Source: Chara braunii (taxonomy: Eukaryota > Plantae > Charophyceae). From it: 64,000 nt of DNA. A model generated the notes under the pieces. It was not told where the DNA came from. It was given only the letters and a program-made list of their open reading frames with translations, and did no database searches. Within the stretch, counting starts at the first letter, position 1. Every line of letters begins with the position of its first letter. The translations under genes were made by a program, and so were the position numbers. Where the stretch lies: positions 5,266,751-5,330,750 of the forward strand of contig BFEA01000015.1 in NCBI GenBank assembly GCA_003427395.1, in the 5' to 3' direction. This document shows, piece after piece, positions 62,271-64,000 of the stretch.

Positions 62271-62722
62271 CACTTGGGTCTAGACTTGCGAAAAGGCCGA
62301 GACTAGGTCTGGATCCTAGGTGTTGGGCCCATGTCCAGGCTTAAGAAGTTGCCCGGGCTCATGAGCAGGCTCTTACAGGTCGAAGTTCTACCTCATGCCC
62401 AGTCCCACACGTTGACCTACATTTGGGCCCGACCCTGTTTTCAGGTTACGTAGGGTCGGACTTGGGCTTGGACCTGTGGTTGGACCTGTGGACACACGAA
62501 GGCAGGATCTGGGTCTACATGTGGGGCTGTATGGACGTCGACCTGGCCATGGCCCGTAGACAGGCAGGAGGCTGTGAGTCTGTCTATCTGTCAGGCCCAA
62601 ATCAGGGAGACAGTGTCAACATAGGTCCGAGAGACAAGATTTTTTTGGTCGGAGGGTCAGGGTTGTATCGTAGGCCTGAATCTGGTCCAGGTCCAGGGGC
62701 TGTTGGAAAGACTTCACCTCTT

Positions 62723-62792
<70 letters not shown>

Positions 62793-63197
62793 TATATCTC
62801 TTCATCTTTCTCTCTCTCGTTATATATTTCTTCATATTTCTTTCTCGCTTAATATATCTCTTCATCTTTCTCTCTCTATCTATATCTTTTTTTTTTCTCT
62901 CTCTTCGGAGGCAGGCAGGCATGCAATAGACGGGCGTGCAACCATGAAATAAAAGTTCTTTCTCTCTCTGTCTCTCTCTCTTTCTCTCTCTCTCTCTCAA
63001 TCAATCAAACAATGAATTTGATTGATTGATTGATTTTTTTTGTCCCGTTAAATGGTCGGTAAGGGCTGAACAAACATGCAGGCAGACGAGAGGAGGGGAA
63101 AGTTGGAGTATGAATCATAATACACGTTAGATTATCATCTAATTTTGTTACCGGTATATTCGTTATTTTTTTCATGGTGGTCTCCGCAGACAGATAG

Positions 63198-63962
63198 TCG
63201 TCTGTTGTATTCAGCGATTACCTCGCTGATGCTCTCACGGAAGAGAAATACTTTGAGGAATGTCGTGAACGATACGAGTATACCGCGGTTTTGGAGATTC
63301 ATAAAAAGGATGATTGTGAGTCTCGGCCTGGGTGTAAAGTGTCCTACGGTGTTCGAGGTAAGGTTCAAAACGATCCCGCATTCAAGAAACAATGCGGCCA
63401 CTACATGACAGACAATGAAGGTATTCGGTGGATCGAGGACGAGTTGCTCGGGATATTGGAGAAAAAGGAGGCGGAACTGGCTGCACTCAGAAGTGCATTT
63501 GGAAAAATCGAGTTGAATGCACAATCAGTGCTTCAAAGTTTGCTTGAAAGGAAACGAAGCGACGAGGTGGGAAATTATTTTTTATCTAATAGTGTGGATG
63601 TCAAGAAAGAGGACCATCTTGACGAACACATTTTCGAGCAATTTAGACCTTTAATGCAATCCGCCATTATAAATCAGTTGCTTAACCAAGTTGTTGAGCT
63701 TAGTGGTAAAATTGATCCACATGTCTGGCAAGAGTGCAAGTCTTTGCGTCTACGATGTGAAGCAGTCGAGAGTGGGATCATAAAATTATTGTCGACGGCT
63801 GTTTTGCCATCTATTGATCATTCTTTTGCATCAGCGTTGTTTGAGCTTCCATTAGTTGAAATTTTGGAAGGGTTTCCAAAAAACTCTTTAATTGCTATAT
63901 TGCAATCATTATGGACAATTCGTTTAGAGCTTGCATATAGAAATGCACTCTTGAAGGTGTAG
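63198..63962 (+). CDS. Unknown, probably helical protein; likely a terminal exon
   Basis: Frame open from 63198 (SSVVFSDYLADALTEEK...) to the stop at 63962; protein-like composition; no ATG at the 5' end, AG acceptors upstream. Confidence 0.55.
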   Translation, partial: SSVVFSDYLADALTEEKYFEECRERYEYTAVLEIHKKDDCESRPGCKVSYGVRGKVQNDPAFKKQCGHYMTDNEGIRWIEDELLGILEKKEAELAALRSAFGKIELNAQSVLQSLLERKRSDEVGNYFLSNSVDVKKEDHLDEHIFEQFRPLMQSAIINQLLNQVVELSGKIDPHVWQECKSLRLRCEAVESGIIKLLSTAVLPSIDHSFASALFELPLVEILEGFPKNSLIAILQSLWTIRLELAYRNALLKV

Positions 63963-64000
63963 AATACAAAGAGGTTTGCGATTAGCGATAGTCAGTTAAG

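Overview
Repeat-rich eukaryotic nuclear DNA from a draft assembly, with N gaps and two Nextera mate-pair adapters left in the contig. The abundant (CT)n/(CA)n microsatellites and the retroelement style suggest a streptophyte alga such as Chara; this is inference only. The only long intact ORF is a ~3.9 kb low-complexity minus-strand exon (28787-32722); a second unknown ORF lies at 63198-63962. The main discovery is a cluster at ~35.1-43.2 kb of nested, 5'-truncated and partly inverted copies of a (TA)n-associated retroelement. Pieced together, the copies give type III hammerhead ribozymes (HHR), the C-terminal thumb of a Penelope-like (Naiad/Chlamys-type) reverse transcriptase, a Pro/Ser linker, a Josephin (ataxin-3/MJD-type) protease with intact Cys-His-Asp, two tandem RING-like fingers and a covarying structured 3' RNA motif. 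A sister HHR family sits in (GT)n tracts at 1.45 and 26.0 kb. Also present: two tRNA-derived SINEs, two hAT-type MITEs with 8-bp TSDs, an organellar LSU rRNA fragment, decayed LTR/LINE remnants and many local tandem duplications. All calls were made by eye; no database searches were run.
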